A DNA stretch of 64,000 nucleotides from Stegostoma tigrinum (Eukaryota). This document shows, in pieces, positions 1 to 12,020 of the stretch (its first letter is position 1; the number at the start of each line of letters is the position of its first letter). The stretch spans positions 40,821,197 to 40,885,196 of the forward strand of contig NC_081356.1 of NCBI RefSeq assembly GCF_030684315.1, given 5' to 3'. A model generated the notes under the pieces. The model made no database searches, was not told the DNA's origin, and worked only from the letters and a program-made list of their open reading frames with translations. The position numbers and the translations under genes were made by a program.

Positions 1-1090
1 GATCCCAGGAATGGCTGTGGGGTCAGTACTAGGGATCCTGATCATTACCTCAAATCAAAAATGGGTCGCAAGCCTTCAAAGTGGAAAATGTCAGCACAAT
101 CTGAGAGGGAGTATGGTTAGAAGATGATGGACCCCTCCATAAGCTGCTCAGAAAGAGAGAAGGGTCCTATGTACCACTGTGGATAAATGCCAGAAGACAA
201 AATAAGAAATTATGTGTCCTGCTCCATGCATTCAAATGAAAATACCTTATGTGGTTTTCAGTCAAATGCTGTTCTAAATTGTACTGTAGCCTGAACACAG
301 ACATCACGAGGTTAGCATATAGGGGGAAGGGAGAATACCAAATCACTACTCACTTACAATACTATCAGTACAGAACCTTCACATACAACACTCAAACCTC
401 CACCTTTTGTACAAACTCGCTCATACTATAATCGCGATTGTCGAAATCACGAGGAGCAGTGAGATCTTTGTCGATGCCAGTGACAGACTCAGAGAAACTG
501 GGGGTTTATTTGGAGAAATATGACATTGACATTGAAATCCTCCCAGAAAAATTACAATGGATCTGGACACAACTGGCAAGTGCACCAAAAACTTTTGAGG
601 TTGTATTTGCCACATAGAGCAAATTTGTAAGTGTGTCAGGGAAATCAAAGTGACTAATTGGTGGTAACAAAGTGTGAAGCTGGATTAACACAGCAGGCCA
701 AGCAGCGTCTCAGGAGCACAAAAGCTGATGTTTCGGGCCTAGACCGTTCATCAGAGGCCCTCTGATGAAGGGTCTAGGCCCAAAACGTCAGCTTTTGTGC
801 TCCTGAGATGCTGCTTGGCCTGCTGTGTTCATCCAGCTTCACACTTTGTTATCTTGGATTATCCAGCATCTGCAGTTCCCATTGTCTCTGACTAATTGGT
901 GGGATGATTTCTGGAACTGCCCTTCAAATGTGTAGGTTGACCCATGGGCTATGTCTCCTATCACATATAGTTGTGTTGTTCATCCTGTTTACTTTGGTCT
1001 GCTCACCGTCATTGTTAAATTCATCCGCTGGAAGGAGAAGCTCATCCAGAAACTAACCTACGTTCCTACGGTAAGAACTAAGAAATTAAT
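1..1090 (+). pseudogene. env: Decayed envelope (class I fusion-type) gene, 3' part, of an LTR retroelement/ERV; runs off the window start
   Basis: Frameshifted translation gives ...ENTLCGFQSNAVLNCTV...DITRLAYRGKGEYQITTH...IVEITRSSEIFVDASDRL/EKLGVYLEKYDIDIEILPEKLQW...EIKVTNWWDDFWN...DPW..LLSHIVVLFILFTLV (hydrophobic TM). Homologous to the array env (FVNASDELKETLGEYFEIYDTGIKLLPERL; WDDFWNWGSNLQIHPW). Interrupted by a Penelope fragment at 665-888. Confidence 0.7.
665..888. mobile_element. Fold-back (inverted-repeat) Penelope terminal fragment
   Basis: Arms ~665-755 and ~760-851 are reverse complements and match the 3' end of the Penelope copy at 25559-25686; flanked by 14-bp TSD TGACTAATTGGTGG (651-664, 889-902). 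Confidence 0.85.
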
Positions 1091-1594
1091 TAACCCAGGC
1101 TGCACTGTGAAAGAATGATGTAAATTGTTGAGTGGCATGAATTTTACTCTCTTGAATGCTGCCAATTGCCAAAGAAATGTTAGGGGAAGCCAGTAAATAG
1201 TGGCTAATCTTTAATTTATGTATTAAGTTATTTTTATGTAGCACTCAAGCTTATTAATGTGCATAAGGAAAGTAGTGTGTAGGGTATTCTTATCTATGTA
1301 TGATAGAGAATCCAGATACTCAAGAGAGCTAGTCTAATACTTGGTACATGCCTGCATAAGAGTGTGGTCTGAGCCTGTGATCTCATTTTCTCAGACGTTT
1401 CAAAGAATCAACAGTAGGAACTGTTGTCAAGTGACCTTGGGTCCAAAATTAAACATTCTAAATTGATGTCCAGTTGAAGAAATAGGGCCTAACAAAAAAG
1501 TGGCCAAACTAAATCAAACAGCAGCCAGCAGCTATTGGCTACTGAGAACAGTGAAAACAAAAGAATCAAAGAGGTTACGAAGATTCGGGGGAAC

Positions 1595-2181
1595 CAGTTA
1601 TAACCAGCCCGAAGGTTGTGTATTGGAGAAATGTCAATCAGATATTCTGGCATCTTGACTGCCTTCATATGCGCACTTTACACATCTCGGCATGGCAACA
1701 GTGAAGGGTGTTGGTGCAACCCCATTGGACATTTTGAATCCAGCTTATGACCCTATTGGCCAAAGACTATGGGACATTTTAGTAGGCCCAGTGCAAGGAG
1801 GAACAAAAACACATAAACCTAGAAGCCATCCCCAATGAAAGCTCAGCAAAAACTTGCAGCTGGCCCAGCAGCGGAGCTACGCTCTGGAGAAAGAGAAAAG
1901 ATCCACCTTGATCTTCCAAATTCATGCAAGAGAGCTACCCAACACTAAGGAGCAAGGAAATTGTAGAAGCTCAGCAAAAACATGTGGATCCATGCAGGTA
2001 ATATCCTTTCTCAGATGCAAAGAACTAGCTAGAGAGTATATATTGAAGGAATTTGGGAAATGTTCGCAGAGTGTTTAGGAAAGAATATTTTGTTAATAAA
2101 AACGAATTGAACTGCAAACTGAATTCTGTGTCCCTTCATCCGCCTCACTGACGAGAGCACTTGGATAGTGTTTTTCATACA
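1595..2181 (+). mobile_element. Putative 3' LTR of the upstream env-bearing element
   Basis: Follows env and a purine-rich tract (GAAGATTCGGGGGAA, ~1579-1593); AATAAA at 2095-2100; ends ...TTTCATACA. The 5' TG is not clear and no partner LTR is in the window. Confidence 0.4.
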
Positions 2182-2716
2182 TAAACCGCTTAAAGTGTTG
2201 GAAGCACGGACAACCATGGGTTAAGCCAACGGCTGTTGCCATCCCAAGTGCTGTTGGTGTCACAGACAGGATGGTTTGTCAGTGTTGACAGACCAATAAA
2301 CAACAGTATCCTGAAACACTCAGCGGCTGAGTGGTTGAGTGAGTGAGTGAGTGGGTGGGTGGTTGAGCATTATGCCTGAAACTTCCAAGATTGGTGGGGA
2401 TGAGGGTGTGGGTGCTGATGGGAATGTGTCAATTTAATCCATTTCAGAAAGAGCGGGGGTCTCCGTGTATTGAAGCATTCAACACGCTCTGCTGAATGTT
2501 GACCTTCTGTTTTCATTGAGACTAATGGAACTTGAAAATATTTCCGGGTTAATATTGGTGCCATTCAGATTGGCTTAACAGATCATTCTGATTTGTAATA
2601 AATATCAGTGCAAACAACTTTTATACTCTGCTAATATACATGGCAAAAGCAGGTTTCACTCAACATGTTTGGCTCTTACTAAGCAATAAATGAACAAAAA
2701 CCAATAGTTTAAATTT

Positions 2717-2811
2717 CTGAAGAAGGGTCTCGACCTGAAACGTCAAACTTTCCTGCTCCTCTGATGCTGCTTGGCCTGCTGTGTTCATCCAGCTTCACAC
2801 CGTGTTATCTC
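2717..2811 (+). mobile_element. Penelope terminal fragment
   Basis: CTGAAGAAGGGTCTCGACCTGAAACGTC...GCTGCTTGGCCTGCTGTGTTCATCCAGC; flanked by the direct repeat CCAATAGTTTAAA. Confidence 0.75.
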
Positions 2812-3720
2812 CAATAGTTTAAACGTTTTTTTCGGTAATCACAAAATTAAAGAGATTTAAAGCATAGATATAAAGTGATGATGGTGGGAACTCAAGGGAT
2901 AAAGATGAGGAGGGATAAAGAAGCATTAACACACATAAACACAGAGACTGTGACACAGAAAAAAGTGAGGACCAATAACCAAGAAATGAAGCTGAGAAAA
3001 GACTTGTTAGTGGTGTTTGTTGTTTAAGCTCTTTAGGATTTTGAAGCAGCCTTGTTATACTATCATGGTATTGCTTGGGTAAAAATAGCACAGCTAAGAT
3101 AGAAAAACGAGGAATGCTAAGACATGGTATAAGTCTTCCCATGTGATTGTTAGGAGCACATGAGGAGAAGCAAGTAAATGTGCTACCCTTAGACAGTAGA
3201 GTTTATGGAAGCCTTGCAATAATATAACAGGAAGATTAGAGATGGATATATTTGTGAATACCGTGTATTATGCCAGTTTGTATTAATATATAATAAACAG
3301 TATTACAAAGAACCCATGTCAGACAGTTTTGGGGTTGAGGGAAAGGAACAGAGGAATAGTGATGATGGTAGGAATTACAGAGCAAGGAGCAAATAAAGGA
3401 AAAGATACTTGGGTACCTGGGATGATGTCGTTTTGCTCTACATTTTTGGAGACATTGGTAGAGGATATTGAGGACATATCCTGCATGAGGCCTATTTGCC
3501 CTCTTCTGTAACAGTGCTTTGTTTCTCCATCTTTGGCAGTTACCCTTTAAGACTTTTGCATTTTTTCCTTCCCTGTACTCCACCAATACTCTTTTGCCTC
3601 TACTTTGTAGCCTTCTCTGCTCTACTTCATTACCTCCCTTCCACCAAACCAATATTTCCCCTTACCTACAATATGCTTTAAGCCTGGACACTGTGCAAAA
3701 CAGCTCATTGTGTTTCACAG

Positions 3721-5649
3721 CGGCCGGTCTCCATCTCCTTCCCAAAATCCACAAACCTGCCTGCCCTGGTCGACCCATTGCCTCAGCCTGTACCTGCCCC
3801 ACCGAACTCATCTCCACCTATCTGGACTCCTTTGCTCCAGGAACTCCCTACCTACATCCGTGGCACCTCCACCTCCTCCAGAACTTCCAATTCCCTGGCC
3901 CCCAACACCTCATTTTCAACATGGACATCCAGTCCCTATACCCCTGTTTTCCTCATGCAGATGGCCTCAAGGCCCTTTGCTTCTTCCTGTCGCGCAGGTC
4001 TGACCAATCCCCCTCACCGACACCCTCATCCGCCTAGCCGAACTCGTCCTCACCCTCAACAACTTCTCTTTTGATTCCTCCCACTTCCTACGGACAAAGG
4101 GGGTGGCCATGGGTACTCGCATGGGCCCAAGCTATGCCTGCCTCTTTGTAGGTTACATGGAACAGTCCCTCTTCTGCACCTCCACAGCCCTCAAACCCCA
4201 CCTCTTCCTCCAATACATTGATGACTGTATCGGCGCTGCCTCATGCTGGCAAGAGGAGCTCGAACAGTTCATCCACTTCACCAACACCTTCCACCCCAAC
4301 CTCAAGTTCACCTGGGCCATCTCCAACACATCCCTCACCTTACTGGAACTCTCAGTCTCCATCTCAGTTAACCAGCTAGAAACTGATGTCCATTTCAAGC
4401 CTACTAACTCCCACAGCTACCTAGAATACACCTCCTCCCACCCACCCTCCTGCAAAAATTCCAATCCCTATTCCCAATTCCTCCACCTCCGTCGCATCTG
4501 CTCCCAGGATGAGGCATTCTGCTTCCGCACGTTCCAGATGTCCACGTTCTTCAAGGACCGCAACTTTCCCCCCGCACTGGTTGAGAACGCCCTTGACCGC
4601 GTCTACCGCATTTCCTGCAACACATCCCTCACACCCCGCCCCCGCCACAACCATCCCAAGAGGATCCCCCTCATCCTCACACATCACCCCACCAACCTCC
4701 GGATACAACGCATCATCCTCCTACACTTCCGCCATCTACAATCCGACCCCACCACCCAAGCCATTTTTCCATCCCCACCCTTGTCTGCCTTCCGGAGAGA
4801 CCACTCTCTCTTTGACTCCCTTGTCCACTCCACACTCCCCTCCAACCCTACCACACCCGGCACCTTGCCCTGCAACCGCAGCAAGTGCTACACTTGCGCC
4901 CACACCTCCTCCCTCACCCCCATCCCAGGCCCCAAGATGACTTTCCACATTAAGCTGATGTTCACCTTCACATCTGTCAATGTGGTATACTGTATCCATT
5001 GTACCTGGTGTGGCTTCCTCTACATTGGGGAAACCAAGCGGAGGCTTGGGGACTGACTTGTAGAACACCTCCGCTTGGTTCGCAATAAACAACTGCACCT
5101 CCAAGTCGCGAACCACTTTAACTCCCCCTCCCATTCCTCAGACATTATGTCCATCATGGGCCTCCTGCAGTGCCCCAATGATGCCACCCGAAGGTTGCAG
5201 GAACAGCAACTCATATTCCGCTTGGGAACCCTACAGCCCAATGGTATCAATGTGGACTTCACCAGCTTCAAAATCTCCCCTTCCCCCACTGCATCCCAAA
5301 ACCAGCTCAGCCTGTCTCTGCTTCCCCAACCTGTTCTTCCTCTCACCCATCCCTTCCTCCCACCTCAAGCCGCACCTCCATTTCCTACCTACTACCTCAT
5401 CCTGCCTCCTTGACCTGTCCGTCTTCCCTGGACTGACCTATCCCCTCCCTACCTCCCCACCTATACTCTCCTCTCCATCCATCTTCTTTTCTCTCCATCT
5501 TTAGTCCACCTCCCCCTCTCTCCCTGTTTATTCCAGAACCCTCTCCCCATCCCCCTGTCTGATGAAGGGTCTATGCCTGAAACGTCAGCTTTTGTGCTCC
5601 TGCGATGCTGCTTGGCCTGCTGTGTTCATCCAGCTTCAGGCTTTGTTAT
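3721..5649 (+). mobile_element. Penelope-like element, 5'-truncated, RT + GIY-YIG endonuclease, disrupted
   Basis: LPKIHKPACPGRPI, GTRMGPSYACLF, YIDDCIG, CNRSKCYTC, NVVYCIHC..C..LYIGETKRRL (ORF 4103-5056, premature stop); 14-bp TSD ATTGTGTTTCACAG (3707-3720, 5650-5663). Confidence 0.93.
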
Positions 5650-5899
5650 ATTGTGTTTCACAGTACATTTGCAATTGTACACCAGCACTCCGGCAGCTTT
5701 AGACCACTAACCAGATTCAAACAGATAAATACAGCCACACCTGAACAGGCCCTATTCATTTAAATCCAAATGACGGAAATACAACTATTAGCTCTTAGGC
5801 CATCCAATGAGATTTGATTTTTCCATTTTACTTTGACTTTGTCATTCACACTTGTTATGGTTTTTACTTTTGGAACAAAGTTTCAGTTCAGTGTGACAT

Positions 5900-6260
5900 T
5901 ATTCGAAATGCAACTGGTTGACATTGCTGGATTAAGGTTGCTCCAAGTCCTGTCTCGTGACATTACACTGTAGGGTAATGCCATCAATGATGTTTTCATA
6001 TTTCAGCACTGACATTGGTGCTACTAGTTGCTTGATTTTAGTGAGTCATGCTTCTTGTTCTGTTCCAATACCACTGTATGTCCTTGCATGTAAGTGGTGT
6101 AATGGTTCAAATTCTGACTACAGATTGGGCAAGAATTTTGCCGAAATTATGAATCCAACAAATCATTGCTGTGCTTTATATCTGCTGGTTGCTGCACAGC
6201 TGCTACATTTCTCACTTTTTCAGAACATGGATGAAAACCTTTTGCTCTCAGTGCACCTTT
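5900..6260 (-). pseudogene. Decayed Ty3/Gypsy pol fragment (RT thumb/connection to RNase H start)
   Basis: Manual minus-strand translation with frameshifts: AKGFHPCSEKVRNV..QQPADIK; KFLPNL*SEFEPLHHL; KDIQWYW; TKIKQLVAPMSVLKY; ITLQCNV..TGLGATLIQQCQPVAF. This matches the Gypsy pattern GLHPDPEKV...FLPNLS..LEPL...LQCDAS..GLGAVL.Q...PVAF. Confidence 0.65.
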
Positions 6261-8479
6261 AGGGGATATTCAATTGTAATTTTGTCTTGTTCAGTTTCAG
6301 ATTCTCATAGTGAACTCTACAGGACCATACTTTGATCAGGGTCAAAAAATGGCTTCTTGCATCAAGTCACTGCATCCATTAGCTACCATAAACGCACTAC
6401 AGCTCCCACTCCGGGACAATCATTAACTGTCTCAAATTGTCTGAACTGATACTTTTCTGGAAATGACACCAATTCATTCCTTGTTGTCCTTAGTATTTTG
6501 TAAACCTGCGCACGGCTGTTGTAATTACTATCCCAGGTCTATGAGGAGTCCAGATGATTTTAAATGACTTCTTATGGAACGCGAATGTCCCTTGTGAAGC
6601 TGCCCCTAACAGGAATTGCAAGTGAAAATCCCTGCCATAACTGATAGAATGGAGTGGAAGTTGATAATTTTCAGGCTCCTCCTGTCCAACATTGTGTCAA
6701 TTACTGACATTACCAACTTCATTCATCCCAAACCAGAAGCTCCCACTTCTTTCTAATGACCTTTTTTCTTTCATTCATGGGATGTGGGCATTGCTGGTTA
6801 TGCCATCATTTATTACCCAGCCCTTGTTGCCCTTGAGAAAATAGTGATAAACTGCCTTCTTGAACCAGTGCAGTCCATTTGCTGTAGGTAGACCCACATA
6901 AATATGCAGTTCATTTGAAATATTGATTGAGGAGAGTAATACTGGCTTGACAATACTGGCTCCATTATTAAGACGTAGGGGAAATTTTAACCCTAAAAAC
7001 AGATGGGGGGAGGTATGGGATGTTGGCGAGGGTGATATCTGCTGGTCATAAAATGCTCACATTTCTGGAATATCTCCAACCCAAACTTAAACTACCTCTG
7101 ATTTTTCTACTTATTATTTTTACGAATATAGAACAAGCAGCCAACACTCTTCCATCAGAAGGATTAGTTTTTTAAATATTATAAGGCGGCAGCTTGCCTC
7201 AGATTTTATTATTCAGGTTTTACAATGGTCAGTCAGAGTTGCTGGGGCTTGGGAAACCAAGCAGCTCAAAAGGATGCAAGGACTGCTGCGTAAAAGAGGT
7301 CTTTCTAGCATTGCTTGTGAGCTGGGAACAGAAACAATGCCACCTCCACGCCCCTTGCGCTTTTCAAGCTAATCTGTTTCTCCTTCTAAAATTTGCAGCC
7401 GCCCTCCTCAAGATCACCAATGCTGTCCCACATCATAAGAACAACTCCTCAACAGCTGGTGGCTTCCTCCCTACACGATATCCAATTGGGCTACGCTAAT
7501 ACTTTCACTACTTCAGCAATATGGTCCATTCTTGCTTCTGGCCACCTCTGGAGTATTTCCTGCCTGACATGAGCCAACTCAGTCAGACTTTTAGGCAGGG
7601 AATTTGAAAAGAGTAAAGAACACACATTGTCAAAGTAAAACTGTTACAGTGTGTTCAAACTGGATTTCCACGTTTCCTGATCACAATACCTCTCCCATCC
7701 CAGTCCAAGTTAATGTTTTACTTCGATCTGCATACAGAGCGATTCTGCACTTCAAAGCTGATCATCAGACGATGCTGGCAACAATCATTGTAATGCTGCA
7801 ACAAGAAGACTGCATTCAAGGATACACTGCCAGCTCATGAACTGGGTCAGGTTGCATCTCTGGGGTCTTCACTCCCTGCCATAGCGCTCAATCACTCTGA
7901 GAGTATCTGGATACTCCTCGAATCCTTACCTTGACTTGAATTGCTTTTTTTTAAAACACTTTTGCCCCCTCAGCTAGAGATACTCAAGTTCTGTTACTGC
8001 TGTATTGCCATGCTGTTTATCAAAGGCATAAAATCTGGAAATGCCTCAGTAAAGTCAAGAGGGATAGCATTCACTCAGGGGGTCTTAACACAGTCAGCCA
8101 AGGATAGCCTAAGGGGCTACCAATGCAGGGGCTTAGTCATGGTCAATCAGCTGCTTCGTGCAGTCAGATTCAGAATAGTCTGATGGATGGTGTGAGGAGC
8201 TGAATGTTAGGCAACCCACCACCTGTCAGAACTTTTTCTGCCTGTTTTCTTCCTGGATGGAGAGAGAGACAGATAATCAGGGAGATGAACATGAATGACA
8301 CAGTTATCATGTTTAGTTAGGTGGGAAAGTGCCCTGAGTGATTGAGTAGGCAGTGCAGAGGGCATGCAGTGTTAATGGTTCGGTTGTTTAGGGTGAGTGA
8401 GTGAGAGTGAGTAAGGGAAAATGTTGCAGTCAACAGTGAGAAATGGGTGGAGTTGCAGAGATAGAATAAGTGAGGTATT

Positions 8480-8650
8480 GGACAGAAGGTAGTGCCATTT
8501 CTTGGACCAAGTTGGCATGGTTTTGGTGTCATGGCCTCCTGTGCTAGCCCTGGGAGAAGAGGAAACCCAATGTCTACATCATTCCAACCAGCAGGACCTC
8601 CAGGTCCTTGCCACAAAGTATGACACCTATTATCCGCTATCTATCATGCC
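8480..8650 (-). pseudogene. Possible decayed Myb/SANT-like fragment of a PIF/Harbinger transposon
   Basis: Minus-strand translation F.GKDLEVLLVGMM*TLGFLFSQG*HRRP*HQ.MPTW resembles Harbinger MSANTD N-termini (RFSDxDLEVLL...LF...W); recognised by pattern only. Confidence 0.35.
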
Positions 8651-8749
8651 CTGGGCAAGTATCAGGAAGTGCAGGGCAGCTCTGGCCTGATGGTGCTTGT
8701 CTAGGTGTTCAATGAGCTTTTAAAGATGGCCCATGTGCAAGGGATGCTG

Positions 8750-10080
8750 GTGAATTTTAGGATACCTGAGCAGAGTGATAAGAGATGGAAACAAAGTTTA
8801 AAAAAGGAAGTTTATATGACAAGTATCAGATAGTAAATAGTTGAGAACCAAGTCAAAGACAGAAAATTCAGAAGGGAGGTGAAAAAGCAAATGATGAAAA
8901 ACTGGCAGCTAACATACAAAGATATCCCAAAGTTTACTATAAACACATCAAGTATAAAATGGTGATAAGAAGAGTAGGGCTGATTAGGGACCAAAAAGGT
9001 AATTTGCACTTCAAGGTAAGTAGCATGGCTGAAATGTTTCTTGAATACTTTGCTTCTGTCTTTACCTACAAGGCAGCTGGTGATAAAGGAGGAAACTCTG
9101 TTACAAGTGGGGGTTAAAATTTTTTAAAGAAAAGCTGTTGGATTAGTCTTCTGTACTAGAAGTTGATAAGGCACTGGAGCCCAATGAGATACATTGAAGG
9201 AAATTTAAGGAAGTGACAGTGGAAATTGCAGATGCACTGACAATGATCTTTATGTCTTCTATGGATACTAGCATGAATCAACATCTTGGATCAGGACCCT
9301 TCTTCAGAACTGGGAAAGGGGAAGGGAACTGGGAAATAAATAAAGGGAAGTGGGGTGGGGCTGGGGAAATTAGGTGGAATGGTGGTATGTGGATGCAGGT
9401 AGCGGGTGGTGAGGATTGGTCAGTGGGAAGGGTGGGGCGGACAGGAGGCAAAGAAAATGGACAGGTTGTGTCAGGTCAAGGAGGTGAGAGGGAGGATGGT
9501 TGGGTTTGGGGAAAGGTAGATGGGGTGGTGATAGATTGGATTTCCTGCTCCTCTGATGCTTCCTGACCTGCTGTTTTTCCTCCAGCTGCACACTGTGTTG
9601 ACTCTGACTCTAGCATCTGCAGTTCTTGCTGTCTCTGTGGATAGGAGCATGGTGCTGGAGGACTGGAGAATTGCAAACGTTATGCCCTTGACCAAAAATA
9701 TTTGTAAGGATAAACCTAGTAATTGTAGGAAAAGGCAAGTTAAATTCAGTATTGGGACAATTTCCAGAAACAATTCTTTGTGGTAGAGTTAAAATTCATG
9801 TGGAAATATGTGGATTGAATTGGAAGAATTAGCATGGACTTGTTAAGGGATATAATGTCCAACTTGCTGATGGTTTTGAAGAGGGCGCAGAGATATCGAC
9901 ACAATGCCTCACAACAAACTTGTGAGGAAAGTGATAAAACATAGAATAAGAGGAACAATAGCGATGTGGACACAAAACTGGCTAATTGATTGAAATAGAA
10001 AGTCATGGTTAATGGATATTTATTGGACTGAAAGCAAATATGTTTTCAAGCTCCCCAGGATCGGTTTTGAGATCCTGATA
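8750..10080 (+). mobile_element. Old degraded CR1 LINE ORF2 fragments, interrupted by a Penelope fragment at ~9277-9635
   Basis: Remnants such as VEIADALTMIF, VLEDWRIANVMPL..K...KDKPSN; many stops and indels. Confidence 0.7.
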
Positions 10081-10425
10081 TACAGTAAACTTTTTATTAC
10101 CTGACACCTTTTGGACCATGATTGTGCTGATTGGTCAAATGTTCTGGATAGTCAAGATGTCCACATAATTAATGTAAATATACACACTCTGTAATAGAAA
10201 TATAATCAAGGGGCATACACCTCACTGTTATATTTTCTTTACAGCAAAAATCACTTAAATAATAATATAACTTTACTTTAAATAAAACTTACCGACAGAC
10301 AGCCTTCATATTCACATTATCAACTGACTACTCAGACAAATAACATAGAACATTACAGCACAGTACAGGCTCTTCGGCCCTCGATGTTGTGCCAACCTGT
10401 CATACCAATCTCAAGCCCATCTAAC

Positions 10426-11205
10426 CTACACTATTCCATGTACGTCCATATGCTTGTCCAATGACGACTTAAATGCACTTAAAGTTGGCGAATCTACTAC
10501 CGTTGCAGGCAAAGCGTTCCATTCCCTTACTACTCTGTGAGTAATGAAACCACCTCTGACATCTATCCTACATCTTTCACCCCTCAATTTAAAGCTATGC
10601 CCCCTTGTGCTCGCTGTCACCATCCCAGGAAAAAGGCTCTCCCTATCCACCCTATCTAACCCTCTGATTATTTTATATGTCTCAATTAAGTCACCTCTCA
10701 ACCTTCTTCTCTCTAACAAAAACAGCCTCAAGGCCCTCAGCCTTTCCTCGTAAGACCTTCCCTCCATCCCAGGCAACATCCTAATAAATCTCCTCTGCAC
10801 CCTTTCCAAAGCTTCCACATCCTTCTTATAATGCGGTGACCAGAACTGTACACAATACTCCAAGTGCGGCCACACCAGAGTTTTGTACAGCTGCAGCATA
10901 ACCTCTTGGTTCTGGAACTCGATCCCTCTATTAATAAAAGCTAAAACACTGTATGCCTTCTTAACAACCCTGTCAACCTGGGTGGCAACTTTCAAGGATC
11001 TGTGTACATGGACACCGAGTTCTCTCTGCTCATCTACACTACCAAGAATCTTATCATTAGCCCAGTACTTTGCATTCTGGTTACTCCTACCGAAGTGCAT
11101 CACCTCACACTTGTCTGTATTAAACTCCATTTGCCACCTCTCAGCCCAGCTCTGCAGCTTATCTATGTCTCTCTGTAACCTACAACATCCTTCGTCACTA
11201 TCCAC
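10426..11205 (-). CDS. CR1 ORF2 C-terminal RT/thumb portion
   Basis: 259-aa ORF-track product with WQMEFNTDKC, HLEYCVQFWSP, RRLRGDLIETYK. Confidence 0.85.
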   Translation of the reverse strand: MDSDEGCCRLQRDIDKLQSWAERWQMEFNTDKCEVMHFGRSNQNAKYWANDKILGSVDEQRELGVHVHRSLKVATQVDRVVKKAYSVLAFINRGIEFQNQEVMLQLYKTLVWPHLEYCVQFWSPHYKKDVEALERVQRRFIRMLPGMEGRSYEERLRALRLFLLERRRLRGDLIETYKIIRGLDRVDRESLFPGMVTASTRGHSFKLRGERCRIDVRGGFITHRVVREWNALPATVVDSPTLSAFKSSLDKHMDVHGIV

Positions 11206-12020
11206 AACTCCACCAACCTTAGTGTCGCCTGCAAATTTACTAACCTATCCTTCTACGCCCTCATCCAGGTCATTTATAAAAATGACGAACAGCAGTGGAC
11301 CCAACACCGACCCTTGCGGTACACCACTAGTAACTGATCTCCAGGATGAACATTTCCCATCAACCACCACCCTCTGTCTTCTTTTAGCAAGGCAATTTCT
11401 GATTCAAACTGCTATATCTCCCACAATCCCATTCGTCCGCATTTTCTACTATAGCCTACTATGGGAAACCTCATCGAACGCCTTGCTGAAATCCATATAC
11501 ACCACATCAACCGGTTTACTCTCATCTACCTGCTTGGTCACCTTCTCAAAGAACTCAATAAGGTTGTGAGGCACGACCTACCCTTCACAAAACCGTCCTG
11601 ACTATTCCTAATCAAATTATTCTTTTCTAGATGATTATAAATCCTATCTCTTATAACCTTTTCTAACACTTTACCAACAACTGAAGGAAGGCTCACTGGT
11701 CTGTAATTACCAGGGCTGTCTCTACTCTCCTTCTTGAACAGGGGAACCACATTTGCTATCCTCCAGTCATCTGGCACTATTCCTGTAGACAATGACAAGT
11801 TAAAGATCAATGCCAAAGGCTCGGCAATCTCCTCCCTGGCTTCCCAGAGGATTTAAGGATAAATCCCATCCGGCCCAGGGGGCTTATCTATCTTCACACT
11901 CTGCAGGATTTCAATATCTCTTCCTTGTGAACCTCAATTCCACCTAGTCTAGTAGCCTGTATCTTAGTATTCTCCTCGACAACATTGTCATTTTCTAGAG
12001 TGAATACTGTTGAAAAATAT

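Noticed and set aside
4421-5504. Multiple overlapping Pro/Ser- or Gly-rich ORFs (also at 24348-25315 and 47613-48512)
   Set aside because: Alternative or antisense frames of the C-rich Penelope ORF.
10883-11569. 228-aa plus-strand ORF (and similar ORFs at 60327-60770 and 13474-13833)
   Set aside because: Antisense shadow frames of CR1 coding sequence.
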